Position numbers and translations under genes: made by a program. From an uncultured Elusimicrobia bacterium (GTDB lineage: Bacteria; Elusimicrobiota; Elusimicrobia; JACQPE01), in assembly GCA_964357255.1 (NCBI GenBank), contig CAYHKQ010000002.1, forward strand, positions 727-64,726: 64,000 bases of DNA, read 5' to 3'. Each line of letters starts with the position of its first letter. The first letter of the stretch is position 1. The notes under the pieces were generated by a model that was not told where the DNA came from, did not search any database, and was given only the letters and a program-made list of their open reading frames with translations. Positions 39,055-47,998 of the stretch are shown in pieces.

Positions 39055-40268
39055 TTTTAAAAAACAAGCGCATTATTCTTGGCGTCACCGGCAGCATCGC
39101 CGCGTATAAAGCCGCGGACTTAGCCAGCAAGCTAGCTCAAGCCGGAGCCTTGGTGGATACGGTTTTAACCCAAGCCGCCGAGCGTTTTATCTCACCGCTC
39201 ACATTCCAGTCCGTCACAGGACGTCCGGCCTTCACAGACGGCGATCTTTGGAACGGACAATCCCATGTGCTCCATCAGCAACTGGCCGCAGGCGCCGGTC
39301 TTCTCATTATTGCTCCGCTCACGGCTCACACGCTGGCCAAGTTGACCCAGGGCTTGGGCAACGATTTGCTAAGCCTGGTCGCTTTAAGCGCCGATTGCCC
39401 CCTTCTTATTGCGCCGGCCATGGACGGCGGTATGTGCAAACATCCGGCGGTTCAAGAAAATTTACGCCTTTTAAGGGAGCGCGGCGCCGTCATTGTCGGG
39501 CCCGAGCATGGACACCTGGCCTCAGGTTTAGAGGCCGTGGGCCGCATGAGCGAACCTTCGGAAATTTTAGGTCAGGCCCGCTATCTTTTGTCGCGCTCCG
39601 GCCCTTTAAAAAACCGGGTCGCGGTGATCACGGCCGGAGGCACTCAAGAGCCCGTGGACCCGGTGCGAGTTTTGGCTAATCGTTCCTCCGGCAAACAAGG
39701 GTTTGCCTTGGCGCAAGCCGCTCTTGACGCCGGAGCCCAGGTAATTTTGATTGCCGGCCCAACCGCCTTGTCGACTCCCATTGGAGCCCAGCGAAAAAAC
39801 GTCCACACGGCAGAGGAAATGGCCCATGCCGTGCTCCATGCCTGCCATGAGGCGGACGCCTTGATTATGACGGCCGCTGTCGCTGATTTTAAGCCCTCCC
39901 AACCCGCGCGCCAAAAAATCAAAAAAGACAATGGTTTGGCCGCTATTGACCTGGAACCAACGCCGGATATTTTAAAGCTTATCGAACGCCAGCGCCGCCA
40001 AACAGGATTCCCAAAAATTGTGATCGGCTTTGCCGCGGAAAGCGAATGCCTTATCGAAAACGCCATGGCTAAACTTAAGAATAAAAATCTTTCCCTCATC
40101 GCGGCCAACAACGTCTCTGACGAAAATTCCGGCTTCGGCGCGGATGTCAATCAAGTCACCTTAATCGGCGCAGACGGCGCCGTAGAACCTCTCCCCAGGC
40201 TCCCCAAAACCGAAATCGCCCAAAAAATTATCCAACGATTGCTCGGGCTCCTGGCCAATTCCTCTTGA
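39051..40268 (+). CDS. coaBC: Bifunctional phosphopantothenoylcysteine decarboxylase / phosphopantothenate-cysteine ligase
   Basis: It has a flavoprotein N-domain (ILGVTGSIAAYKA) and a CoaB C-domain (ITAGGTQEPVDPVR). Confidence 0.85.
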   Translation: MILKNKRIILGVTGSIAAYKAADLASKLAQAGALVDTVLTQAAERFISPLTFQSVTGRPAFTDGDLWNGQSHVLHQQLAAGAGLLIIAPLTAHTLAKLTQGLGNDLLSLVALSADCPLLIAPAMDGGMCKHPAVQENLRLLRERGAVIVGPEHGHLASGLEAVGRMSEPSEILGQARYLLSRSGPLKNRVAVITAGGTQEPVDPVRVLANRSSGKQGFALAQAALDAGAQVILIAGPTALSTPIGAQRKNVHTAEEMAHAVLHACHEADALIMTAAVADFKPSQPARQKIKKDNGLAAIDLEPTPDILKLIERQRRQTGFPKIVIGFAAESECLIENAMAKLKNKNLSLIAANNVSDENSGFGADVNQVTLIGADGAVEPLPRLPKTEIAQKIIQRLLGLLANSS

Positions 40269-40337
40269 AAGCCTCCTCTGGAGGTAGCGGCCCCCAATCA
40301 AACCCTTTTCAATAAGTAAATTTTTCTAATTTATGTC

Positions 40338-40856
40338 CTACTTGCCTCCCGAATGGAAAGAGCTCAGGCAGTTGATTCTCCAAAGAGACTTCAGGCGTCG
40401 TATAAATTCATTAAAAACCGGGGGGGTCTTGAATTTCAGTAAGCCGGGGACGTTTTCCATCGAAACTATATCGGGCTGAATCTTTTCAATGAGATCGGCG
40501 AAGTTATAAAGAAGGCTCCATTTGTCGCCCTTAGGCTTCTTGCTAGTGTAGCCAGAAAACGGTTGACACGGAGCGCATCCGACCAATATTCGCGTGTGTC
40601 CTTTCGGATACAGAGCGTTAATTTCGCTGGCCTTTATGTCCCGCACGTCGCACTTAATGAATTTTGCGACGTTATTTTTTTCATAGGAATATTTGCACGT
40701 GGGATCATTATCGATACCGGCCGCGATATTAAATCCTTCCTTAACGAAGCCATGTGTCATGCCGCCAGCTCCACAAAACAGATCAATGACGCTGACTGGA
40801 TGAGGTGGGCTGCCAGCACGTTTACGAACATCCCTTCTCTTTCTAAAAATAGTCAT
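40338..40856 (-). pseudogene. C-terminally truncated DNA cytosine-5 methyltransferase fragment (motifs I, IV and VI only)
   Basis: It has DLFCGAGGM (motif I), GCAPCQPFS (motif IV) and ENVPGLL (motif VI). The ORF stops after about 172 aa. Only 70 nt remain before coaBC, so the target-recognition domain and motifs VIII-X are absent. Confidence 0.6.
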
Positions 40857-40857
40857 G

Positions 40858-41280
40858 CTAAAAACAGCGTATCGCACTCCAAATCCTAAAAATATGGCTT
40901 TCCGGGTCGTTTTTAACGTCATGTTCCCAGATTCTTATAACTTTCCAACCCAAATTTCGAAGCCGACGATTTATCTGGCGATCCCTTCTTCTGTTCGCTG
41001 TGATCTTTTGAATCCAAAATGCCGCGTTGGTCGATGGAGTCAAATTGCGGGAGCACTTCGTGCATCCATGCCAAAAGCAACCATCAATAAATAGGCTCAA
41101 CCGATGTGCAGGGAAAACAAAGTCGGGGGTACCTGGAAGACCTGGAAGATGTGATCTCCATCCACTTATATGATGAACACGTAGTAAGCGGCGAATGGCC
41201 ATTTCCGTAGATTTTGTTCCACGCCCCTTGATTGCGACCATGATCTTGGAGCGTTTTTTTGCGGTAAAAACGTCTGCCAT
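40858..41280 (-). CDS. vsr: Very-short-patch repair endonuclease
   Basis: It has the MADVFT...RSKIM N-terminus, LPGTPDFVF and FIDGCFWHGC. The start was chosen at MADVFT. Confidence 0.8.
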   Translation of the reverse strand: MADVFTAKKRSKIMVAIKGRGTKSTEMAIRRLLRVHHISGWRSHLPGLPGTPDFVFPAHRLSLFIDGCFWHGCTKCSRNLTPSTNAAFWIQKITANRRRDRQINRRLRNLGWKVIRIWEHDVKNDPESHIFRIWSAIRCF

Positions 41281-41391
41281 CTTATTTCTCCAACCCTGAA
41301 TATTTCCCGTTCCCATAAATATTCTCACGCATTAAGTAGTTACCCAATTTTATTTTTTGACTTTGCGGCCAATCGTATCCATTTTGATCTC

Positions 41392-42501
41392 TCATCTGGC
41401 AATGACGAGGATACCTGCCGGACGTCGATTGGCGAGCAGTTTTACCAAAGAAGACTTCGGGGGGCACACCCCTAGACGAATGATGTCCTGAAACGACGGT
41501 TTGTTTGGAGTCCCGTCGGGGCGAATTGGCCCCGCGAACAATTTTCCTTGGGCTAATTCCACAACGCCATGTTTCTTCTCCATATCGGTCCCGTAAGACA
41601 ACGCCATTACGTTGACTTCGGAGGTTCGCTCGGCCAGAAATTGGCGCAGGTCCAGCGCCGTCGATCTCGATATGTAATCCACGAGCACGTCCTGCAGAAT
41701 CCAAAAAGCTGTTCCGCCCCAACGAATGGCTATCTCTGACTTAACCACCAGCTGGCTGACCATCCGTGCCCACACCTGCCGGTAATTGATGCCTGGTGCT
41801 TCGTGCTCCTTCCCAAGGATTGCATCCTCGAAGGACATTGGGATGGTATTTCTTTTGGTCTTGTTGCCTCCCGATGTGCTGCAGGTCATGATTTCAACAA
41901 GCATCGGTTCTCCGTAGGGAAAGTCCTCTACAAAATACTTGCCTTCTCTTCGCGCCATTGAGTACCCCGCGCTTTCGGCGGCATCCCTGACGAGCCCCCA
42001 TTTTTGCCCAGTATCACTTTCAACGTCGCGCTGGGAACGCCGGCCAAGCGGCATCACGATATAATCGAAAGCGTAGTCGAAGGTCCTCCTTGTCCCATCA
42101 TCGGACATTTCGAATTTCAATTTTACTTCGGGCCAGACGCCTAGCCTCGTCCCGGGGCGGTACTTGCTGTGCTTCAGGAGAAAGGATTTGGTCGCGTCCT
42201 GGTGGCGAGGCGCTTTTCCTCCATGCGACGCCAAGACCATGAGGCGTCTTGGACAAACGATCCAGGGGGCTTCATTGGGGCGGGGCTGGATCGAGCATAC
42301 GCCAGAAGGGACGACCTTTTTGCTTGGAAAGTAGCGTTGCAACCCCGGCTTGCCGGCAAGGGTGACATTTGAAAGATAGCGATTCCCGCCGCCGTCGCAA
42401 TCGAGACCTGAAAACGGACATAGCGCCGCCTTGCGGCAGGCCTCCGCCTCGGGCGACCTGTCGGTTATGCGGTGACCAAAGAGTTCGTAGATTTTCGGCA
42501 C
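41392..42501 (-). CDS. Putative type II restriction endonuclease with an N-terminal Cys-rich region (possibly NotI-like)
   Basis: It overlaps the upstream C5-methyltransferase by 37 nt. The N-terminus is FGHR...CPFSGLDCDGG, with WIVCPRR and the candidate catalytic segments DYIVMP and EIMTCS. The NotI resemblance is from memory only. Confidence 0.45.
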   Translation of the reverse strand: MPKIYELFGHRITDRSPEAEACRKAALCPFSGLDCDGGGNRYLSNVTLAGKPGLQRYFPSKKVVPSGVCSIQPRPNEAPWIVCPRRLMVLASHGGKAPRHQDATKSFLLKHSKYRPGTRLGVWPEVKLKFEMSDDGTRRTFDYAFDYIVMPLGRRSQRDVESDTGQKWGLVRDAAESAGYSMARREGKYFVEDFPYGEPMLVEIMTCSTSGGNKTKRNTIPMSFEDAILGKEHEAPGINYRQVWARMVSQLVVKSEIAIRWGGTAFWILQDVLVDYISRSTALDLRQFLAERTSEVNVMALSYGTDMEKKHGVVELAQGKLFAGPIRPDGTPNKPSFQDIIRLGVCPPKSSLVKLLANRRPAGILVIAR

Positions 42502-43613
42502 GTGATAACCTTGACGATCTGTTGAGCAATGGCCCGAGCTACTGGGGGAGGAACAGAATTCGCTACCTGCCGGTGCTGATCCAGGTCTCGAACGGTTCCG
42601 GTTCTCCTTCTAATCGGCCCCTTCAATACATACGAGTCAGGATATCCATGAAGCCGCAGGTACTCTCGCGGCGTAAGGTAGCGGTCCTTGATTGGATGGA
42701 AGAAAATCTCACCGCATCTAAGCGTGTTTGAGGCCTTGTTTCTAGCCAAACGCCGAAACTTCGTCGAATCTTTTAGCTTCAGATTCATCACCTGATCTTT
42801 TGGCAAATGCAATTGCGCGCCAAGGTAGCTCCCCTCAGGCACGCCCTGCATCCTCTCTATCTCTCTTTTCGGCGTAACGTCCACGTGGCTGTCCTCGCGG
42901 AGCTTGCCGCTCTTGATCTTTTTTCCAGGCTTCCCCAAATCCCTGATCGCCTCGTCTACCGTCACATAGGGCATCAGAGGGAATAACGAGTCAACGCGGT
43001 CTTCCGGCCCATGAGTCGGCGAAGGAAACTCAAATCCATTCGGCTTTTCTGTCGCAACGATGAACACGCGTTCTCGCAATTGGGGCACGCCAAAATCTGC
43101 GGCCTTTATTACTCGCCACTTGGGAACATAGTCTATGTCCTCAAGTTTCGATAGGACAAGATCGAACACTCCGCCCCTGCGGCCTTTCTGATCCGGAGCC
43201 GTCATTAGCCCTTTAACTTGCTCGAAGAGAATCGCCTTTGGCCTAAGTGCTTCGGCAAATCGGATGAGTTCGAAAATCAACAAACCACGCGGATCGGAGA
43301 GCGAGCCCTGCTTGCCGATTTGAGAAAACGGTTGGCAGGGCGGACCGCCAAATAGTAGGGCGAGCTCACCACGCACAAGTCCAACCTCCTTCCTAATTTC
43401 CTCTGGGTTTGCGTTCCTGACGTCGCCTTCGAACACCTTCGTTCTGCGATTCTCTCTAACAATATTTGTCCGGAGAGTATCGCAGCAGTGACGATCTAGC
43501 TCGAAGCAGGCAAGCACATCAAACCCAGCGCCTGTGACCCCAATATCCATTCCACCGGCACCCGTGAACAGCGAGATCGCCGACATTCTTTTCATCACAT
43601 TTCTACTATTCAT
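42465..43613 (-). CDS. DNA cytosine-5 methyltransferase (complete)
   Basis: It has LFTGAGG (motif I), GGPPCQPFS (motif IV), EQVKGL (motif VI), QLRERVFIV (motif VIII) and ANSVPPPVARAIA (motif X). Confidence 0.85.
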   Translation of the reverse strand: MNSRNVMKRMSAISLFTGAGGMDIGVTGAGFDVLACFELDRHCCDTLRTNIVRENRRTKVFEGDVRNANPEEIRKEVGLVRGELALLFGGPPCQPFSQIGKQGSLSDPRGLLIFELIRFAEALRPKAILFEQVKGLMTAPDQKGRRGGVFDLVLSKLEDIDYVPKWRVIKAADFGVPQLRERVFIVATEKPNGFEFPSPTHGPEDRVDSLFPLMPYVTVDEAIRDLGKPGKKIKSGKLREDSHVDVTPKREIERMQGVPEGSYLGAQLHLPKDQVMNLKLKDSTKFRRLARNKASNTLRCGEIFFHPIKDRYLTPREYLRLHGYPDSYVLKGPIRRRTGTVRDLDQHRQVANSVPPPVARAIAQQIVKVITCRKSTNSLVTA

Positions 43614-43824
43614 GGAAATTTTTAGGACACTTTGCCTATCTTTAACATGTGAGTAAACATTCTATTGAATTATGTGGGGCATCATCCGGATTGCGGTATT
43701 TATTTTATCGTACGCACGCAGGAGTCTGCTTCCCTCGCATCTATTTGATCGTTGGGGTTCAGCTTAAAACTTGAACTTTTCCTCAAACGAAGGTAGCACC
43801 TCTAGCTCGGCCTTGGGCTGGGCG

Positions 43825-44295
43825 ATGGAGGTACTTATGGAAAAATCGAAAAAATATCTGCCGGAGATAACCCCAGAAGAAAGGGGAGCGCAGATCGTTG
43901 AATTACTGGCGGCAGCCGCTGTGCGGCTTGCCAGAAAACAGAAAGCCACGGGGAAGGAGGTTTCGGCTACTGAACCGAGAGTTTCCGGGGAGGTTGTTAA
44001 AATCACTGTTTCAAAACCTATCCCCAAAGAGATCGTTATTGACCTTCCCCCATTTCAAAAAGGACGTATACCCTTTGGGGAAAGTCGGGCCGGTCAAGGC
44101 ATAAGGAAAATAAACGCCACCGAATTGTCCTGGATGAAACGAATCCTGGCCTGGGCCTCCGAGGGTCACTCGCTGGCCAAGATTGTGGGAAGGCTGAATA
44201 AAGAAGATCATGAGACTAGATACGCCGGTAAATGGAATAGAGCCAAGGTCTGGTGGGTCTTAAAAAGGGCAAAAGAGCAGGGCACCACAGAATAA
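43825..44295 (+). CDS. Small HTH-domain protein (resolvase-type HTH-like), paralog A
   Basis: The C-terminus is SLAKIVGRLNKEDHETRYAGKWNRAKVWWVLKR. It is about 45% identical to the 49430-49858 product, and the two share a leader. Confidence 0.4.
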   Translation: MEVLMEKSKKYLPEITPEERGAQIVELLAAAAVRLARKQKATGKEVSATEPRVSGEVVKITVSKPIPKEIVIDLPPFQKGRIPFGESRAGQGIRKINATELSWMKRILAWASEGHSLAKIVGRLNKEDHETRYAGKWNRAKVWWVLKRAKEQGTTE

Positions 44296-44504
44296 CCCCG
44301 TAGCGACTTACCCATCTTACCTGGATTAAATTGGCCAAGGCTTGGGTTGTTCATTTCAAAATAGTCCCATTCGTCAAATAATCCTCCTGGCCGCTAAAAA
44401 AGATATGAGCGCCAAAAATCCTGCCCGGGTCCAACGGTAATAGAAAAAGTTTCGCTGACCGTCCAACATCTGACCCCGAGTCCAACGGTATCAGAAACCG
44501 ATTA

Positions 44505-44993
44505 TTGCAATTAAACCCACTTTTATTCCTGGAAAACGATCCCGACGGGCCTTTGCTGTGGGATGAATCCCATTTTGAAATCGTTAGGCTTGCCAAGGGC
44601 CAAAAAGTCATGTTGTCGCCCGATGAAGCCCAAGCCATAAAACAACACCAGCGCCGCTACCGGGAACCGCGCCCGCCTCGGATTCAGCTTCTTCTAAGGC
44701 AAACTTATCGCCTGAAGGGCCGCCTGGACGGGACCCCTGGCTTAACCCGCGATGCTTTGGCTGGGGAGGCTGACATTAGCCCCTCCTACCTGACTCGAAT
44801 CTTAAATCTTCTTAACTTGGCACCGGAAATCCAGCGGCACATTTTGGCCATACCACCATCCGCAAAACAGGGGTCGATCACGGAGCATCGGATAAAACAT
44901 TTAACCCGAAACGGAAATTGGAAGTTTCAGATCAAAGAGTTTGATCATCTCCTCGACCTAAACGGCAAAAGTAGGCCCGCCGTCCCCATCTAA
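44505..44993 (+). CDS. ParB-HTH-like DNA-binding protein (no ParB N-terminal domain)
   Basis: It has ISPSYLTRILNLLNLAPEIQRHIL, which resembles the ParB HTH region. It is preceded by a direct-repeat array. Confidence 0.4.
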   Translation: MQLNPLLFLENDPDGPLLWDESHFEIVRLAKGQKVMLSPDEAQAIKQHQRRYREPRPPRIQLLLRQTYRLKGRLDGTPGLTRDALAGEADISPSYLTRILNLLNLAPEIQRHILAIPPSAKQGSITEHRIKHLTRNGNWKFQIKEFDHLLDLNGKSRPAVPI

Positions 44994-45002
44994 TTTTTGG
45001 AT

Positions 45003-45040
45003 ATAGAACAATTTATTGAACACTTGACATATCGTTCTAT
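45003..45040 (+). promoter_or_regulatory. Palindromic operator overlapping a TTGACA -35 box upstream of the LexA-like gene
   Basis: atagaac (45003-45009) and gttctat (45034-40) are exact reverse complements separated by 24 nt. TTGACA lies at 45024-29 and taacat about 18 nt downstream. Confidence 0.4.
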
Positions 45041-45060
45041 CATCTGGTAACATTATCTCA

Positions 45061-45672
45061 ATGGCGCAAGTCCAGTTAAACCCAATTCAAAATAAAATTT
45101 TGAAACTCATGGAGCGGAATATCGAGGAGCCGCTTTCTTACCGCGATCTGGCTAGAGAAGTTGATGTTGCGTCAACCAACACCATCGCTTATCACCTCCG
45201 CCTGCTTGAAAAAAAGGGATACCTTAAACGCGATCCGGTCAATCCGCATGGCTATGCTGTGCTAATCAAGCCGGAAACCGGCGTGGCTTACCTTAATCTT
45301 TACGGGTTAGCCCATTGCGGACCAAGGGGGTCATTGTTGGATGGCCATCCCATTGATAGGCTGCCTGTCGCGGCGCGCATGATTCCTTTTTCCGTAGCCG
45401 ATGCTTTTTTAGTTAAAGCCAAAGGGAATTCGATGGAACCGCGAATTTATGACGGGGATATTGTCGTGGCCAAAAAACAAAATATCGCCGAAACAGGCGA
45501 CCTTGTCGTTTGCGTAAATCAAGGCGAATCTCTGATCAAAAAAATCAAGCGAGAAAAGCATGGAATTATTCTTAGCTCGCTAAACACAAAATACGAACCC
45601 TTTTTGGCCTCCAAGGAAGATTTTCGAATCGAAGGAACAGTGAAGGCAATAATTTCCAAAACGGTGGCATAA
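45061..45672 (+). CDS. LexA-like repressor (winged-helix domain plus S24 peptidase domain)
   Basis: The N-terminal wHTH is LSYRDLAREVDVASTNTIAYHLRLLEKKGYL. The C-terminal S24 Ser/Lys dyad region is KAKGNSMEP...VVAKK. Confidence 0.7.
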   Translation: MAQVQLNPIQNKILKLMERNIEEPLSYRDLAREVDVASTNTIAYHLRLLEKKGYLKRDPVNPHGYAVLIKPETGVAYLNLYGLAHCGPRGSLLDGHPIDRLPVAARMIPFSVADAFLVKAKGNSMEPRIYDGDIVVAKKQNIAETGDLVVCVNQGESLIKKIKREKHGIILSSLNTKYEPFLASKEDFRIEGTVKAIISKTVA

Positions 45673-45674
45673 TA

Positions 45675-46631
45675 ATGGAAGATATGGCAGGAACGCTTTT
45701 CTCTAAAGTTAATCCAGTTGGGAAAATTATGCGGAATTATAATCCCGATGCCGCCGCAACGCTTTATCTTGGCGATCGCCTTGAATTGCTTAAACAAATT
45801 CCTTCCAAATCAGCCAGACTTATCGTAACGTCACCGCCTTACAATATCGGCAAGCAATACGAAAAAAGAACAAGCCTTGAGGATTACCTGCGGGGCCAAG
45901 AGGAAACCATAACGGCATGTTATGAAGTGCTTGCTGACGATGGTAGTTTATGCTGGCAGGTCGGTAACCATATCAGTCTTGACGGCGAAGTTTATCCGCT
46001 CGACATTTTGATTTACCCCATCTGCAAAAAATTAGGCCTTAAACTCCGCAATCGTATCGTCTGGACCTTTGAGCATGGCTTGCACTGCACCAGGCGGTTT
46101 TCCGGCCGCCACGAAACGATCTTGTGGTTTGCGAAATCAGATCAGCACATTTTTAATCTGGATCCGGTTAGAATTCCACAAAAATATCCAGGTAAAAAAT
46201 CGTTCAAGGGTCCTGATAAAGGAAAATTTACGTGCAACCCCCTTGGGAAAAACCCCGGAGACGTTTGGGTAATTCCAAACGTAAAAAATAACCATATCGA
46301 AAAAACCATTCATCCTTGCCAATTCCCAATAGAACTCATTGAGCGTTTGGTGCTAAGTATGACCAGTCGGGGCGACTTGGTGATTGATCCATATATGGGT
46401 GTGGGCAGCGCCCTTTGTGCGGCTGTCCGGCATGGCCGGCGTGGAGCGGGTGCTGATATTAATAAGGACTACCTGGATGTTGCCAGGCAGAGGGTTACAT
46501 TAGCGGTTCAGGGTTTGCTAAAAACTCGACCAATGGGGAAACCTGTTTATACCCCTAACGGCAATTGCAAGTTGGCCAAGCCGCCTAAAGAGTTTGAGTT
46601 GCTCCGCAAGGAAGCCTTGCTGATTTCCTAA
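45675..46631 (+). CDS. DNA methyltransferase, N4-cytosine or N6-adenine (beta class)
   Basis: It has the catalytic TSPPY and the AdoMet-binding region DPYMGVGSA. It starts 3 nt after the LexA-like gene. Confidence 0.8.
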   Translation: MEDMAGTLFSKVNPVGKIMRNYNPDAAATLYLGDRLELLKQIPSKSARLIVTSPPYNIGKQYEKRTSLEDYLRGQEETITACYEVLADDGSLCWQVGNHISLDGEVYPLDILIYPICKKLGLKLRNRIVWTFEHGLHCTRRFSGRHETILWFAKSDQHIFNLDPVRIPQKYPGKKSFKGPDKGKFTCNPLGKNPGDVWVIPNVKNNHIEKTIHPCQFPIELIERLVLSMTSRGDLVIDPYMGVGSALCAAVRHGRRGAGADINKDYLDVARQRVTLAVQGLLKTRPMGKPVYTPNGNCKLAKPPKEFELLRKEALLIS

Positions 46632-46637
46632 TCCCGT

Positions 46638-47348
46638 CTATTTCGGACCAGGCTTAGTTTTCTTCCGAGGCCGGTCGGCCTCTTTCGCAGCATAAAGTGC
46701 CTGGGGATTCTCAAGAAACCGGCGTTGTTTTTCCTCTTTGGCTTTTTCTTCTGCGTCGGTTAAGCCAATTCCAAGAACTAATACCGGAATGTCAATGTTG
46801 GAAACGCCGCGCTCCTTGAAATCAATTAAAATTTGCTCGAACTCAGAGACGCCAGTAGACATTTCGTGAGCTAGAGAACTATAGGCCACGATCTCGATGC
46901 CGCAGTCAATAAAACCCCTTTTATGAAAAATGATCATCTTTGAAAAAATGTCATATCCCATGAAAGCGTATTTGCCGAACTGGATTTCAAGACCCACTTT
47001 GTTTTTAATACCATCCATTTCGCGGAAACGGTTTTCGCCAAAGCCAATGCGAGGTTCCTTGAATTTTTTCTTTTTACCAGTCGCGGCTTCCGTCCATCCT
47101 AATGGGTGCAGGAAAGTTTTGATTTCTTCGTTCAGAATCGCCGGCGCAAACAACAGGTGGTTCGGCATGGTTTTTTCCTCGCTGACCTTGCGCAGGCATT
47201 CAATGGCTTTCGTTTGAGTTATGGCATTAACCACGTCTTGATATTCAGCGGGATGAGTCGAGCGGATAAACTTTTCTCCGCCATTGAAGGAATAGGTTTC
47301 GATAATTTTCACAGCCCATAGTTTACATAGTAAAAACTTTGAGACCAA
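46638..47348 (-). CDS. BglII/BstYI-family type II restriction endonuclease (tentative)
   Basis: It has DGIKNKVGLEIQFGK, a D-x8-E-x-Q arrangement like the BglII active site. It is convergent with the methyltransferase. Confidence 0.5.
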   Translation of the reverse strand: MVSKFLLCKLWAVKIIETYSFNGGEKFIRSTHPAEYQDVVNAITQTKAIECLRKVSEEKTMPNHLLFAPAILNEEIKTFLHPLGWTEAATGKKKKFKEPRIGFGENRFREMDGIKNKVGLEIQFGKYAFMGYDIFSKMIIFHKRGFIDCGIEIVAYSSLAHEMSTGVSEFEQILIDFKERGVSNIDIPVLVLGIGLTDAEEKAKEEKQRRFLENPQALYAAKEADRPRKKTKPGPK

Positions 47349-47451
47349 AAACTAAAATGGGGGAATAATCCCTCGTTTCCTCTTAGAATGCCTGGGGTTA
47401 TAGGCAGAGGTTTCGTAGGTTGCCAGATACGGTCGTTTTGGACAGAAAGGA

Positions 47452-47997
47452 TTAAAAGGAAAGAGAGGACTGCAGGCCGCGTGAACCGGCGGGAAATTTA
47501 CGCTTGTAGATTCCCTTATACAGCACGGCCACGACGTCGATAATGGCTTGTAGGCCTCGCGAAACGCTTCGCTCATCAATAACCGGAGCATCCTTGGGAT
47601 GCGCCAACTTATTTCTGAGCAATTGAGCAGATTGGAGGTCGGACCACCAACTTGAACTTCGATCAATCGACTTCCCTGAGAATCGGCGATAAAGAAATTG
47701 GATTCTGTCATCCAAACGGTATATCTTCAACTTGGCTTTTTCGATAACAAATTCTCCATGGCTCAATTGAATATCCTTTTCAGTAAGAATAGAGCGGTCG
47801 GTGAGGCTGAGGTCTTTTCGAGTAAGAAAATCGTCGGCGATTGCGTTGACATGTGCCTCGAGGCTGCAGAATCCTAGATTCAGCGCAGCGTGAAGATACG
47901 CCGCTTTTCCATCTACGCTCATCTCAGACTGGGCCTTTTCTAGAAAACGTTTGGCTTCTTCCAGGAGAACGCCAGAAATTTCGTCGACGGCTGCCAT
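47452..47997 (-). CDS. HEPN-domain protein
   Basis: An Rx4H motif (LLRNKLAHP) lies in the C-terminal helix. It sits immediately downstream of the DGQHR gene. Confidence 0.5.
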   Translation of the reverse strand: MAAVDEISGVLLEEAKRFLEKAQSEMSVDGKAAYLHAALNLGFCSLEAHVNAIADDFLTRKDLSLTDRSILTEKDIQLSHGEFVIEKAKLKIYRLDDRIQFLYRRFSGKSIDRSSSWWSDLQSAQLLRNKLAHPKDAPVIDERSVSRGLQAIIDVVAVLYKGIYKRKFPAGSRGLQSSLSF

Positions 47998-47998
47998 C

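Noticed and set aside
47352-47711. A 119-aa ORF overlapping the HEPN gene in another frame.
   Set aside because: It is contained within the better-supported HEPN ORF (Rx4H motif), which is contiguous with the DGQHR gene. It is likely spurious.
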